This document shows, piece by piece, positions 47,420 through 59,639 of a stretch of 64,000 nt of DNA (position 1 is its first letter; each line of letters starts with the position of its first letter). The notes beneath the pieces are model-generated. The model searched no databases. It had not been told where the DNA came from and saw only the letters and a program-made list of their open reading frames with translations. Both the position numbers and the translations under genes were made by a program. The DNA lies in NCBI RefSeq assembly GCF_016432865.1, contig NC_067399.1, forward strand, positions 660,982,001 through 661,046,000, given 5' to 3'. This stretch comes from Antechinus flavipes (taxonomy: Eukaryota).

Positions 47420-50400
47420 TAGCCTCCTACTTTTCCTGGGGAAAAAATTAAACAATCTAACCTAATAAACATATATTAAGTACCAATGTCACAAGCACTA
47501 GGGAAACAATATAAAGAAATACAGACCTTACCCTCAGGCTTCTTACGATTTAAGGGGCAAGTCAACACACTAAGGAAAGCTGACAACTGGATGTATCTTG
47601 TTCTGTAGAGTTGAAGCCTGGCAAAATAGCTAATGCAAAGTAAACAAATGCTTTTAGTGACTTGTTGATTTTGTTTCTGTTACTGTGAACATTCAGTAGT
47701 TTTTCTGTACATAGTTGTTTGAATGGTGATGTCTCTTCTGTTAAACTGTGAGCTGCTGAAAGGCAAAAACTATCTTGTTTCTTTCTTTGTAGCACATCCA
47801 ATAATATAAACATAGTAGATACTTAATAGTTACTCACTGTCTAAAGGATTATGGGTAAAATAAATCTGATGAGGGCAAGGCCAGTTTCATTTTTTGGCTT
47901 TGTATTCTCAAGGCTCAGCACAATAGCTAGTATTAGTAGGTCTTTAATAGGTACTTGGTACATTGAATTAATTTTTTTTTCTTTTAGTTCTGCCTTCTTC
48001 ACTCTGCATGCTTTCACAATGTTTTTTCCAGTTCTTTCTCTTTATTCTTCACATTCATCATTCTTAAAACACAGCAATATTTCTATTTACATTGAGTCTA
48101 CATTTTCTGCTGTGATACTGGAGCTACCTGCCAGTGGCTGCTGGGGATCCAACTCAGACCAGCAGAATGGAACCCTTCATGTGAGAGGATGATGATGATG
48201 ATGATGATAATGATAGGGGACTGAGAGGCAGTTGCAGTTCTCTGACCTCTCTCCTCTTCCCTCTGCCTCCAATTTATTTCATTCCCAGTCCACAAGCAAC
48301 ACCTGTATCAGTAAAGGCTGCTTTGTAACTCCTTCAGATGTTGTGATCCACAGCTGTGAAGCTCTCAGAAAATTGACTTGCCCCTTCACTTAGGCATGGT
48401 TCTTAACAATTTTCTTTCTAGATCTTCATCTCCACAAATAATACTGCTAAAGAACTAGGTTTTTTCCCCTAACTAGTAGTAGTCTCCTACTACTACTAGT
48501 TAGTAGTTTCAGATACTCCTTGTCATGGAATCTCTGATTCAAAGAGCATTATGTATTAATAATGTGTTAATAATTAATAATGCAAGGGCAACTTGCATTA
48601 TTCCAAAGTGTCTTCTGTAATGGACTAACCAACTCAGAATTCCACTCACAGTGAATTAGCATGATATTTTATTACCAAGTTAATTCTCCCAAAATATGTT
48701 TTTGACTAAAGACTCTCCCCAGTTTCTCAATGGCCCTAGTAGATGAGGGATCACATCCTTTGAGACTCACTTTTTGTAAGGATTCATAGCTTCCACTGGA
48801 ATGGAGATACATAAATATCATCTGAACCTAGTTTAAACTCTACTGGTTCTCTGTTTTTCAATGTATCTGAATATTGAGTCACTGGAGCTCACGTTCATCT
48901 TGAACTAGGTCTTTCTTTATGTCACTTTTTCCTCTTTCTCAGGTATTTTATCAAACCAAAAAACTCTAGAAAAAAAAATCTTCAAGTAAAGCCCTTTTAT
49001 GCAGGAAGTTCAGAACAGTAATTCTTCCCTTTTACTATTCATCAATCAATTCATCTGTCAAATAAGAGCAGAGAAACAGCCTTTAAAATCCTGCTGATTC
49101 CTTAGATTTGAAAAATCTACTCTCTCTCTGTTTTCTCTTTAGCACTGTTGGTTTTCTAATCATATATTAAAAACAGCTCCAAAAGAGGAAGGGGGGAGGC
49201 TAGAAAAGAAAAACATATTTTTGGTACCAGGATTTGTCTATACCAGGAAAAATACACTGTTGGAGATGAAAAACAGATTGTATTGCCTCTGTGATCAAAC
49301 TTAATTCCCCATCTGATTGCTATCTTTGATCAAAACTAGCCCTAGAGACCAAAGCAAGTGATATATTTAATTTTTCCTCTTGCACTAATAATTGCTGCTA
49401 TACTAGCCAAATGGATGGAGTTTTATATTTACATTTAACATTTTTAGTTTTGACTCCCTTTCCTTGTCTGTAAAATGAGTGTGAGAAGGTTAACTGGCCT
49501 ATAAAAGTATCTTCCTGACCTATAACTATAATCCTGTTTCTATACTAGTCCCAAGTCAAAGAAAGGAGCAGCTTGTCCACAAATACAGTGTGACTTTTCC
49601 TTCAAACAAGGTTTGCTTTTGCTAGTATTTTGTCTCAAACTGCCATGGCATGTAGGGAAGAAGAGAAACTCATGTTGCATAGAAAAAGACTGAATAATAT
49701 CCTAGGTGAATTCCTCGTGATATCTGGCAGAAAAAGCATCATCAGGAATATGGATGATTGATCTGAAAAAAAACTCAAACTCCCAGTCTTGCTCTGGTGC
49801 CATCATGGTGAAGATAGTAGGAGGGCAGATGAGATGGAAGAGACTTTCTACTCTAATCCCATCATTTTATACATTAAAATATCCATATGACTAGAGTTCA
49901 AATGACTTGTCCTCTGTTAAATGCAAACTCCTGAGAGTAGGAAATGGTTTCATTCTTGGTACCTAGCAAAGTACCTCCCATATAGTAGGTACTTAACAAA
50001 TGCCTATTGAACAAATGACCACCAAACTGAAAGTAAAGTGATTTTAATAAACAACTGAGAGTGGGACTAGGTTCTCTAATTGTAAGTCTAGTACTACTCT
50101 GCCTGTACTGGGAGGCCTCATGTCTTAAAGTCTAATAGATTTAGCTGATCTATAGTCGGTTGTCTTGTCTGCTGACATCAGAATTCCAAAGAGATATTAG
50201 TATATTTAGGTAAAGTCTGCACCCATTATGCCTTTTTTCCCATCCACTAAAGCTAACTTGTACAGGCAATTCTGTTATTGTTTCTTAATGTATATCACTT
50301 AAAAGAAAAGAAAAAAGAATCAGCCTCCTTTTCCTTCTACTAAAACTAGGGAAATTTAGGATCTGTGTAATTGTTCCCTGCAGGCAGTTTCTCCCAATGA

Positions 50401-51893
50401 GGCAGATGGTTTTTATGTAAGGTACATCATTTGGGAAAGGTAGCAGTATAAAGCCTTCTCATCATTAATGTTTAAAGAGAAGGTTTGGTACTTCACAGAA
50501 AAATGGATTTCTTCTCAAGGACACTTGAAATAAAATCTCACAAAGATGACAAGGAAATACCGGAGAAAATCTTGATAAGAGACACCTAGCATCAGTCCTC
50601 ATCAGCAAAGCTACTTCTTGGTAATAACTTGGGGAGTCAGGTAATATAAGCAAAGGCTAACAGGTATGAAAGTTATCTTTTTTTATAATTTTCACTTGAG
50701 GGCAATTTTGTTCAATTAATTTTAACCATAACAAATAGTTTCATATGACAAATGCTTCAGAATCAGGAACACAATCGCCTGTGAATTTGAGCTCTATGCC
50801 CAATAGACTGGTGAAAAACATAGGGTACCTCCTTTTCTTCTGTGATGTTATTAAACCAGTGGCGCCCTAAATATTTTAGCTGAAGTAGTAAGATTTGCTG
50901 CTAGCATCTTTAGACATGAAGAGATGCTCTATGCCTATAAATCTGTTCAAATAAATTCAATAAAAATACACCCAAACTAATGAATTCAGTTAAAACAACA
51001 AATTATTTATTTTTAAATTTTGAACCAAACCTGAGAAACCAAAGAACTAAAAAACAATGGAAGAAGGCCTGGGAGATCTGTTCTTTAGTCACTGGCCTGT
51101 TAGCTGACAAAAAAAAAAAAGGAGTTTGGATTTGTCTCATTCCAATGTTCTCCTTTTCTCTAAATTCTATGATTTTACCTTTTTCTGTCCTTTGATCAAT
51201 TAATAAACACTTATTAAGTATTCACTATGTGCCAGACACTGAGATAAATATAAGGTTACTTCAGATTACATTTAGAAAAGACAAGATAATCCCCAATTTT
51301 TTTTAAATTTATACCAGTCTAGTTATGTGTGTGTGTGTGTGTGTGTGTGTGTTCTATGTACATTCTTCATGAAAAACATTGGACTAAATTATACTTAATA
51401 ACAATAATGATGATAATAGGTAACATTTTAATAAAGCTTCAAGTTTTTGAAATTAGTTCATTTAATCTTTATAACAACCCTGCAAAGTAAGTATAATTAT
51501 TGTCCCTCTTTTATGCACGAGAATACTGGGGCATAGAAAATTTAAGCAATTTGCCCAGGGTCACACAATTAAGAAGGCCAGAATTTAACTTGTCTTCCTG
51601 ACCACAGACCCTGCATGTTTGATGCTGGGCTAGTTACAAATAATACAAAGATAAAAAGAAAATTGGTCTCTACTTTGAAGTTTACACTGTAGAAGGAGGA
51701 TATCATCTTCAAAAAGCTTAAACACAAGATAATTACAAGAGGAGAAACAGCAGAAAGGCTGCCTAAATAGGACCCTGGAGTACTAAGAGGCAGAGGTAAA
51801 ACACAATTGAATTTCCACATACAAGGAACAGCTCTGTGCATTGATACATTCATAAATATGGAATAACAAGATTGGGAAATAGTACATAGGTTA

Positions 51894-52019
51894 GGGACAT
51901 AGATGGTACAGTGGATGGAGCACAGGCCCTGTAGTCAGAAGGACCTCAGTTTAAATGTCACCTCAGGCACTTAATGCTTACCAGCTATATAATCCTAAGC
52001 AAGTTATTTAACCCAATCA

Positions 52020-52071
<52 letters not shown>

Positions 52072-52083
52072 ACTTATACACAA
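51894..52083 (+). mobile_element. Short CORE-SINE (WSINE1-like) with a (CA)n-converted tail
   Basis: SINE body 51894-52020, then (CA)n at 52021-52075. 14-bp TSD AAATAGTACATAGG at 51877-51890 and 52084-52097. Confidence 0.85.
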
Positions 52084-52478
52084 AAATAGTACATAGGCCA
52101 AGTAAATCAGGATATAAGAAGTGGGAAAGAAGTTATAAGAAATAAATCTAGAAAAGTATATTAGATCCAGATGGGGACAGAATTTAATTACTAAGCATTG
52201 AGCCACAAAATCTGCATATTCTAGGATATTTCTGGATAAAGTCTACATATGAGTATTCACGCAATTGGACAATATACATTGATCTAAAACCTTGCTGGCC
52301 TTGAGACCTCCTGAGATTCTGATTACTTTGGATGAGATTATTGTCCCCTGACCTCAGCATTATAATGCATTTCATGTTCCACTACCTATGCTCTACTTAC
52401 TAAGTCAGGGAAGTACATGCTGGAAATTGTTTCTGGCAGCAAAGATTGAAATTAAGATCTTTACTTAATTTTACACTG

Positions 52479-52671
52479 CAGAGGCTTCAAACTAGTCTGT
52501 GTATCTTACAACTTTATTATATTAAAAATGTAATTGGTAAATATTTAACCAAATAACTAAAAATGCAATAAAACATAGGTTATATTACATTTTAAAACTT
52601 AATATGAGGCTTATAGAGAGTACTTATGTACAGTTTAATGGTCTGTGTTTTTATTTGTGTTTGACACTATC
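52479..52671. mobile_element. Old hAT-type MITE
   Basis: Starts CAGAGG.TTCAAAC and ends gtttgacactatc (degenerate TIRs). AT-rich core attaaaaatgtaattggtaaatatttaac...aataaaacatag. Confidence 0.55.
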
Positions 52672-52958
52672 TTTCTGCTATGTTACAGAACTATACAACT
52701 AAAGTCCTGACATTCATGGCATTGTAAGAAATTGAATTTACTACTTGACTTAGTCAGACATAGTAGAAAAAGAAGCTAATTTTCTATTATACTATATTGT
52801 AGCACAACAATCCTACAACATTTCCAACTCCTGACCTCCAGGGAATTCTGGGAACTGTGGATCTACTATACATATCAAGTACTATAGACTCAATTTAACA
52901 AAAGAAAGAGATAAAGGTACTTAAAACCAGGCAGATTAGGTTTCAAAATGTTCCCTCT

Positions 52959-53085
52959 GGGCAGCAAGGTGGTGCAGTACACAGAGCACTGGGTTTAGAG
53001 TCAGGCAGATTTGAGTTCAACTCTCACCTCAGGCATGTAAGATATGAGTTACTTAACCTCAATTCCCCTCAAAAAAATTTTTTTT
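52959..53085 (+). mobile_element. Short CORE-SINE (WSINE1-like)
   Basis: gggcagcaaggtggtgcagtacacagagcactgg...gagttcaactc...gttacttaacctcaattcccctcaaaa. Confidence 0.8.
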
Positions 53086-53399
53086 TAAAAAGAGTTGCTC
53101 TGATATATATATTACCCAACTTCTCAATATTATAGGCAATATCAGATGGAGAAGAGATGTTGAGACAATGTTTTAAAAATATCAGATGTAGAGGAGATGC
53201 TAATCTGCCCAGATTAGGACAGAATTTAAATACTAAGCATTGAGACACAAAATGAGGCATTTTCTAGAATATTCCTGGGTAAAATCTGCATTCAATTAAG
53301 TATACTGAATTATGAGTATCTGGATTATTTTACTTTGGCATTGGTCTCCTATTTAGGTGCCACCAAAATACGATCATAGTCAAGCAAACAGTATAGTTG

Positions 53400-54500
53400 G
53401 GCTTAAAGGAAAACAGCAGAATGAGAGCTAACTCAGGAGAAACCTCCTCAATTTCTTTCTTAAAAATAGCAATAGAAATGCCACAATGGAAAAAAGTAGC
53501 AGAAATCTTCAAAAGAAAATATCTAAATCACCTAAAGAAATGAGCAAATTGAAAAAGAACTCCAGCCCAATGGGGAAATGCCTAGAATGAAAGGAAAGAT
53601 TGGAAGAAAACTAGTTGAATCATATCAACAGCCTTAGCAGAAAAAAGGTAAAAATTCTCTTAAGAAGCAATAAAATGGATCATGAATGTGTGGAAAGTAA
53701 AAAAAAAAAAAAAAAAAGAAGAAGAAGAAGAAGAAAAAAGAAATGTAATGAAAGGGGGAAAAAATCGCAATAAGCTCTAAAGAAGGAATTGGGTACAGTA
53801 AAAAAGTCACAGTACAGGAGCATGGGAAAGCTCAATAGTTGAAAATATGTGTGAATATAACACATCAATGGAATTGATGAAAATCAAAAATTTTAGCACT
53901 ATACAGAAAAGAGGAGAAAATAAAAAAAGCATAAGCATATAAAAGTACTAAACTGAAAAAACACTTGTAAGTAAGCTAAGTCAAAATAAGGAAAGATATG
54001 GAGGATGCTTTGAGACAAAATTTAAACTTTATAAGGCTTTCTGGAATGGTCAAGAAAAAAGAATATGAGAAGTTGTCTTAGTAAGTTATAAAATAAAAAT
54101 TTACAGAAATATTAAGAATAAAGTATTATTTGAAGCTATCTGGAAGTAGAAAGAAACTAATCTCCAATTGAGCTCCAATTTGAGACACATCAAACATTAT
54201 TTAAGCAATAAGAAATAGCTTATAATTGTTTATAAGAAATTGCAATAAAATAAGAAATTATGAGTAACATTTATATGAATATTAAAAATAGGAATTAGTT
54301 GACATAACATGGAATTCAAGGACATTAAGCATGAAAAATTAATCTCCAATTGATCTAGACACATCTTTGTCAAACAGCCTTGTCTATATAAACAATAGGA
54401 AAGACAAAGAAATAAAACAGTAGTAAAATTTTCTCACATTATACAAGAGACAACAGAAAAACTGGAATAAAATAAATAGGAATTAAAGGGCATTATTCTA
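53400..54500 (+). mobile_element. Highly decayed L1/HAL1 ORF1-region relic
   Basis: Strongly A-rich strand with ORF1-like phrases (ctagacacatctttgtcaaa, similar to PRHIIVK). Confidence 0.35.
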
Positions 54501-54936
54501 AACTCATCTCCTACCAAAAGAAATCCTTTCCTGATCCTTCATGATTTTCATGTTTTCCTTGTGAAACTACTCTCCAATTTATCCTGTCTATATCTTTTCC
54601 ATATGTAATTGTTCACATGTTGCTTTCCCCCATTAGACTGTGAACTCCTTGAGAGTAAGAACTCTCTTTTTTTTTTTTTTTCTCTCTCTTTCTTTTCATC
54701 CCCAACCCTTAATACAATGCCTGGCATGTAGAAAGTGTCTAATAACTGCTAGTTGATTGACTGTTAATCCTAAAATTGGACTTCCATCTAAGTATCACAT
54801 TTAAAACAGATAATACGCATATTAAAACTAAATCAAGCAAGCCATAAAGAAAAGATCTTGCTTCCAAACAGCTTTTGTATTTCCAAAGTCAACAAGAGGA
54901 CCCAAGACCTTCAAATGCTTTTAAAAGGTTTTTTCT

Positions 54937-56349
54937 GATTAGTATGGCAGAAATTAGGCATGGACCCACACTTAACACCATATACCAAGATAAGATCAAA
55001 ATGGGTCCATGACCTAGGCATAAAGAACGAGATTATAAATAAATTAGAGGAACATAGGATAGTTTATCTCTCAGACTTGTGGAGGAGAAAGAAATTTGTG
55101 ACCAAAGATGAACTAGAGACCATTACTGATCACAAAATAGAAAATTTTGATTATATCAAATTAAAAAGCCTTTGTACAAACAAAACTAATGCAAACAAGA
55201 TTAGAAGGGAAGCAACAAACTGGGAAAACATCTTTACAGTTAAAGGTTCTGATAAAGGCCTCATTTCCAAAATATAGAGAGAACTGACCCTAATTTATAA
55301 GAAATCAAGCTATTCTCCAATTGATAAATGGTAAAAGGAAATGAACAGACAATTTTCAGATGATGAAATTGAAACTATTACCACTCATATGAAAGAGTGT
55401 TCCAAATCACTATTGATCAGAGAAATGCAAATTAAGACAACTCTGAGACACCTCTGCACACCTGTCAGATTGGCTAAGATGACAGGAAAAAATAATGATG
55501 GATGTTGGATGGGATGCGGGAAAACTGGGACACTGATGCATTGTTGGTGGAGTTGTGAGCGAATCCAACCATTCTGGAGAGCAATCTGGAATTATGCCCA
55601 AAAAGTTATCAAACTGTGCATACCCTTTGATCCAGCAGTTTTACTTCTGGGCTTATATCCCAAAGAAATACTAAAGAAGGGAAAGGGACCTGTATGTGCC
55701 AAAATGTTTGTGGCAGCCCTGTTTGTAGTGGCTAGAAACTGGAAATTGAATGGATGCCCATCAATTGGAGAATGGCTGGGTAAATTGTGGTATATGAATG
55801 TTATGGAATAGTATTGTTCTGTAAGGAATGACCAGCAGGATGAATACAGAGAGGCTTGGCGAGACTTACATGAACTGATGCTAAGTGAAATGAGCAGAAC
55901 CAGGAGATCATTATACACTTCGACAACGATATTGTATGAGGATGTATTCTGATGGAAGTGGATTTCTTTGACAAAGAGACCTAACTGAGTTTCAATTGAT
56001 AAATGATGGACAGAAGCGCTACACCCAAAGAAAGAACACTGGGAAATGAATATGAACTATTTGCATTTTTGTTTTTCTTTCTGGGTTATTTTTACCTTCT
56101 GAATCCAATTCTCCCTGTGCAACAAGAGAAGTGTTGGGTTCTGCAAACAAATATTGTATCTAGGATATACTGCAACATATCTAACATATATAGGACTGCT
56201 TGCCATCTAGGAGAGGGGGTGGAGGGAGGGAGGGGAAAAATCGGAACAGAAGCGAGTGCAAGGGATAATGTTGTAAAAAAAAATTACCCTGGCATGGATT
56301 CTTTCAATATGAAGTTATTATTAAATTAAATTAAATTAAATTTTTTAAA
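54937..56349 (+). mobile_element. 5'-truncated young marsupial L1 (subtype B), 1.4 kb
   Basis: ORF2 peptides (54960-55277, 55341-55811), 3'UTR and tail. 14-bp TSD with one mismatch: AAAAGGTTTTTTCT (54923-54936) and AAAAGGCTTTTTCT (56350-56363). Confidence 0.97.
54960..55811 (+). pseudogene. L1 ORF2p C-terminal fragments with premature stops
   Basis: MDPHLTPYTKIRSKWVHDL...DYIKLKSLCT...WENIF and ...CWMGCGKTGTLMHCWW... are diagnostic of L1 ORF2p. Confidence 0.95.
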
Positions 56350-56449
56350 AAAAGGCTTTTTCTAAGAGAGAGAGAGAAAGCGCTCAAGCACAAATAACCC
56401 AGTATTAGCCTGGTAATCAATAAATTCCAATGACTCCTTATTACTAAGA

Positions 56450-56750
56450 TAAAATAAAATGTCATCTATCTGACATTTAATCTCCTTCATGGTCTGACTC
56501 CAGTCTACCTGTCCAGTCTTATTATTCAACACTCTCCTTCACATACTTTATCTTCCAGCCAAATTGGCCTCTCTGCTGCTCCCCACAGCCAATATTGCAC
56601 CTCTCATCACAATGACTCTTTATTAGTTAATCTTCCTGCCTTCAGTGCTTTTTTTTCTACTCTCTACTTCTTTGGATTTCTAATATTCTCCAAATATTAA
56701 CTTAAGCACCACCTCCTACATGAAGACTTCCTGATCACTCTAGCAGCCAG
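56450..56750 (+). mobile_element. L2 fragment
   Basis: ggtctgactccagtctacctgtccagtcttatt...cttccagccaaattggcc...aagcaccacctcctacatgaagacttcctgatc. Confidence 0.75.
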
Positions 56751-56779
56751 CATTTAACTAACCCCACTTCCTATAAAAT

Positions 56780-56970
56780 CAGAAACAGAATTTTAGAGTA
56801 ATAAGTAATTTCAAACCATCTAATCGAAGGCATCTAATCTAATGAAAAATCCACAATATCATACTCAACAAGTAATTACCTAGTCTTTCACTGCAGACCT
56901 CCAAGAAGGGAAATCCACCAACCCTTGAAGAAGTTCATTAAAGAAAACACTAATTCTATATCTTAGAACA
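56780..56970 (-). mobile_element. L3/CR1 3' tail
   Basis: The reverse complement reads gggttggtggatttcccttcttggaggtctgcagtgaaagactaggtaattacttg...ctaaaattctg. Confidence 0.6.
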
Positions 56971-57736
56971 TCATCATCATCATCCACTTCTGAGTAACCA
57001 AATACCTCATAACTGTGACACAATCTGAAGGGGCAATTACCAGGAGAGGTGACAGGTCCCCAAATGGAATATTCCTTCAGAGAATACACAATCTGATGAG
57101 GTTAAAGTCCAGCACTAAATATTAAGGTTTAGCACCAAATGATGGGGTTCAGTAGCAATCAATATTTGAAGAATTCACAATGGCTTTCTCCTTGCCAAGT
57201 ATAGTTATCTCTTTTGTCGAGCTGAATCTACAATGTCTAAATATGTATAATAGAACCACAGTTCCCAGAATTTCCTGAAAGTCATGAGTTGAAGGTGCTT
57301 TATGAGAAGAGCTTATATGCAAAATGAAGAGATAAAATAGATTTTAAATGTGATAAATATGAAATTGATTTTGGAGGGCAAAGGCTTGTTCTCTCAGCAA
57401 AGAAAGGAGTTTTAACAATAAACAATGGAAAGGACAAATTTCCTAGTGGAACTCACAATTAATCAGGAGAAAGGGAATACTTCATGAAGTGGAAGTATAT
57501 CATTGACTGGCAGGCTAAAATCACAGAGGAGCTTAGCATCCTAAAAGAGTATAATTAGCTAAAGCAAGGAGAAAACATGATAAGGCAAGAGGGAGAAGGT
57601 GGTGGAGAAAGACACCACAAGGCAGAAAGCCATTGCTGGCTAACCCAAAAGGGGTTCAGCAAAGATGGCACAGGCCATTGACAGATTTATAAGGGAGTTA
57701 TAACCTCAGGTAATGGACATCATGACTTGGCTTTTT

Positions 57737-57787
57737 GATTGGATACAATAAGATGCGGTTTCTCAAGACCCTCCTGGGCCTATAAAA
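57737..57787 (+). promoter_or_regulatory. Candidate Pol II core promoter (inverted CCAAT plus TATA)
   Basis: ATTGG at 57738-57742 and TATAAAA at 57781-57787, the canonical ~40-bp spacing, in non-repeat-looking sequence. Confidence 0.3.
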
Positions 57788-58608
57788 CTGAGTTGATAAC
57801 CATCAGTGCCCTTCTCTGCTTGCCTCAGGGAGTATTGTAATCCTATCAGTACTTCAGGCTTTTTTCTACCAGTGAGGAGATTATCACATCATAATCCACA
57901 GATCTAGCACACATTCATATAATTGACCTATGGATAGAAAATATTGTTGAGATATTGGGGTCTTAGGATGGTGAGCAGAGTTCTTGGCTTGATGTAACAA
58001 ATATGAATACTGTTTAATATAATTTGGTTCAAATAACAAAGTACCTGTTGTCTTGTAAAGGTTCAAAAGGTCACTATTTCACAACCTAATTGGCATACTA
58101 TTTTAATGAAACTCTGATCTATTCTCTAGCTTCTACTCAATATAATTTACTATTTCATTTAAAAATAGAAATTCATTTAAAGCTGCATTTCAGCTCTTAT
58201 GACAGTTTCTGGGTATACCATAGGCTGGTGGGGAGTCCACATGTGTATATCTAGGTGGAGGCTATAGAAGTGGCTTTGTGCATAATTTATTTGCTTTATC
58301 CTGAGCTTTCTCCACCTTGAGAATTCCTTTCACCAATTTGTTGAAGCAGGTTAAGACTTTTGTGCTCATAATAAACAGTACACATAACATTTTCTCAGTA
58401 CGGAATAAAAGCTGCTTGAGAGTAGAAATTGTTTTTGCCTTCCTTTGCTAGTCTATAGCACTTAGCACTGTGCCTTGAATAATAATAACACTTTTTTTTT
58501 AAATTTTGACTGAATAACACAGAATTCTCTTCAATACTCTTGTTAATATGCTCAGATCCAGGATCAGGACCTCAGAATCACCCTCAGTGCCTGGAAGGGA
58601 TGGGAATG

Positions 58609-58610
<2 letters not shown>

Positions 58611-58660
<50 letters not shown>
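58611..58660. repeat. (CA)n microsatellite
   Basis: Read directly. Confidence 0.95.
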
Positions 58661-58663
<3 letters not shown>

Positions 58664-59639
58664 ACACTATACTCAAGAAAAACTATTCACAAAAAAATTC
58701 TTTAAAAAAGAAACAATAGGTAGTCACAGAAGTCATTTCAGATTCAGCTGTCTGTATACTCAGATCATAGACTAATTAGAACTAATGAGAAAATCAAATT
58801 GAAGAAAAGAGAAGTATGAGAAAAACCATCAAATAACTCTAACCTATTCAATTGTGTTGTCAATATCAATGAAGAAAAGGGGGAAAAAGTAAAGACATTG
58901 ACAGATCCTGCATCTCCTGCAAATTTTTAACCATTAAAATAATTCACACTTCTCAGATCAAGATATCCCAGTTTCTGAGAAAATGTAACAACTCCTAGAT
59001 TATTAGGTTAACTAAATTATTAAATGTATCAAAATTGTAAAATAACAAATGTACCACCCAAAGAATATGCTGAAATACATAAAATAGAAAATTACTTAAA
59101 GCAAGAATTCTAGAAGATTGGGTAAAGGCTTTGGGGAAGAAGCAATGAGAGAACATGATTGAGAATCACACAGGATAAAAAATGCTTGAATGGCTTGAGA
59201 TATGCAGCAATAGAGGAAATAAGTACTCTCATCTATGAGATTGCAGGTTTATTGAAATATCTATCTTAATCTATTAGTAAAAGTTAAAATTTTCTGCTAT
59301 TATTAACTTTTTAGTTTACTCTTTCAAGATTACTACCTGTTCCTTTGATATTGTCCTCACCTTTTTCTCTTAAAATATTCAAAGTTCAGCTACATAAATC
59401 TATTCCTGACTCCCCCAACTTTTTTTTATTATATATAGCTTTTTTAAAAACATGTGTAACATAGATATATAGAAGTTCCACATATAAATCTGCACATATT
59501 ATTTCCCCAGTAGAATGCAAGCTCCTTGAGGGCAAGAACAATTTTGTTTTTGTCATTGTATCTCTAGCAACTAACATACTTTCTAGAAATGTCAAATGCT
59601 TTTTGATTGATCATTAATTTTGTTATTTTAAAGTATTAA

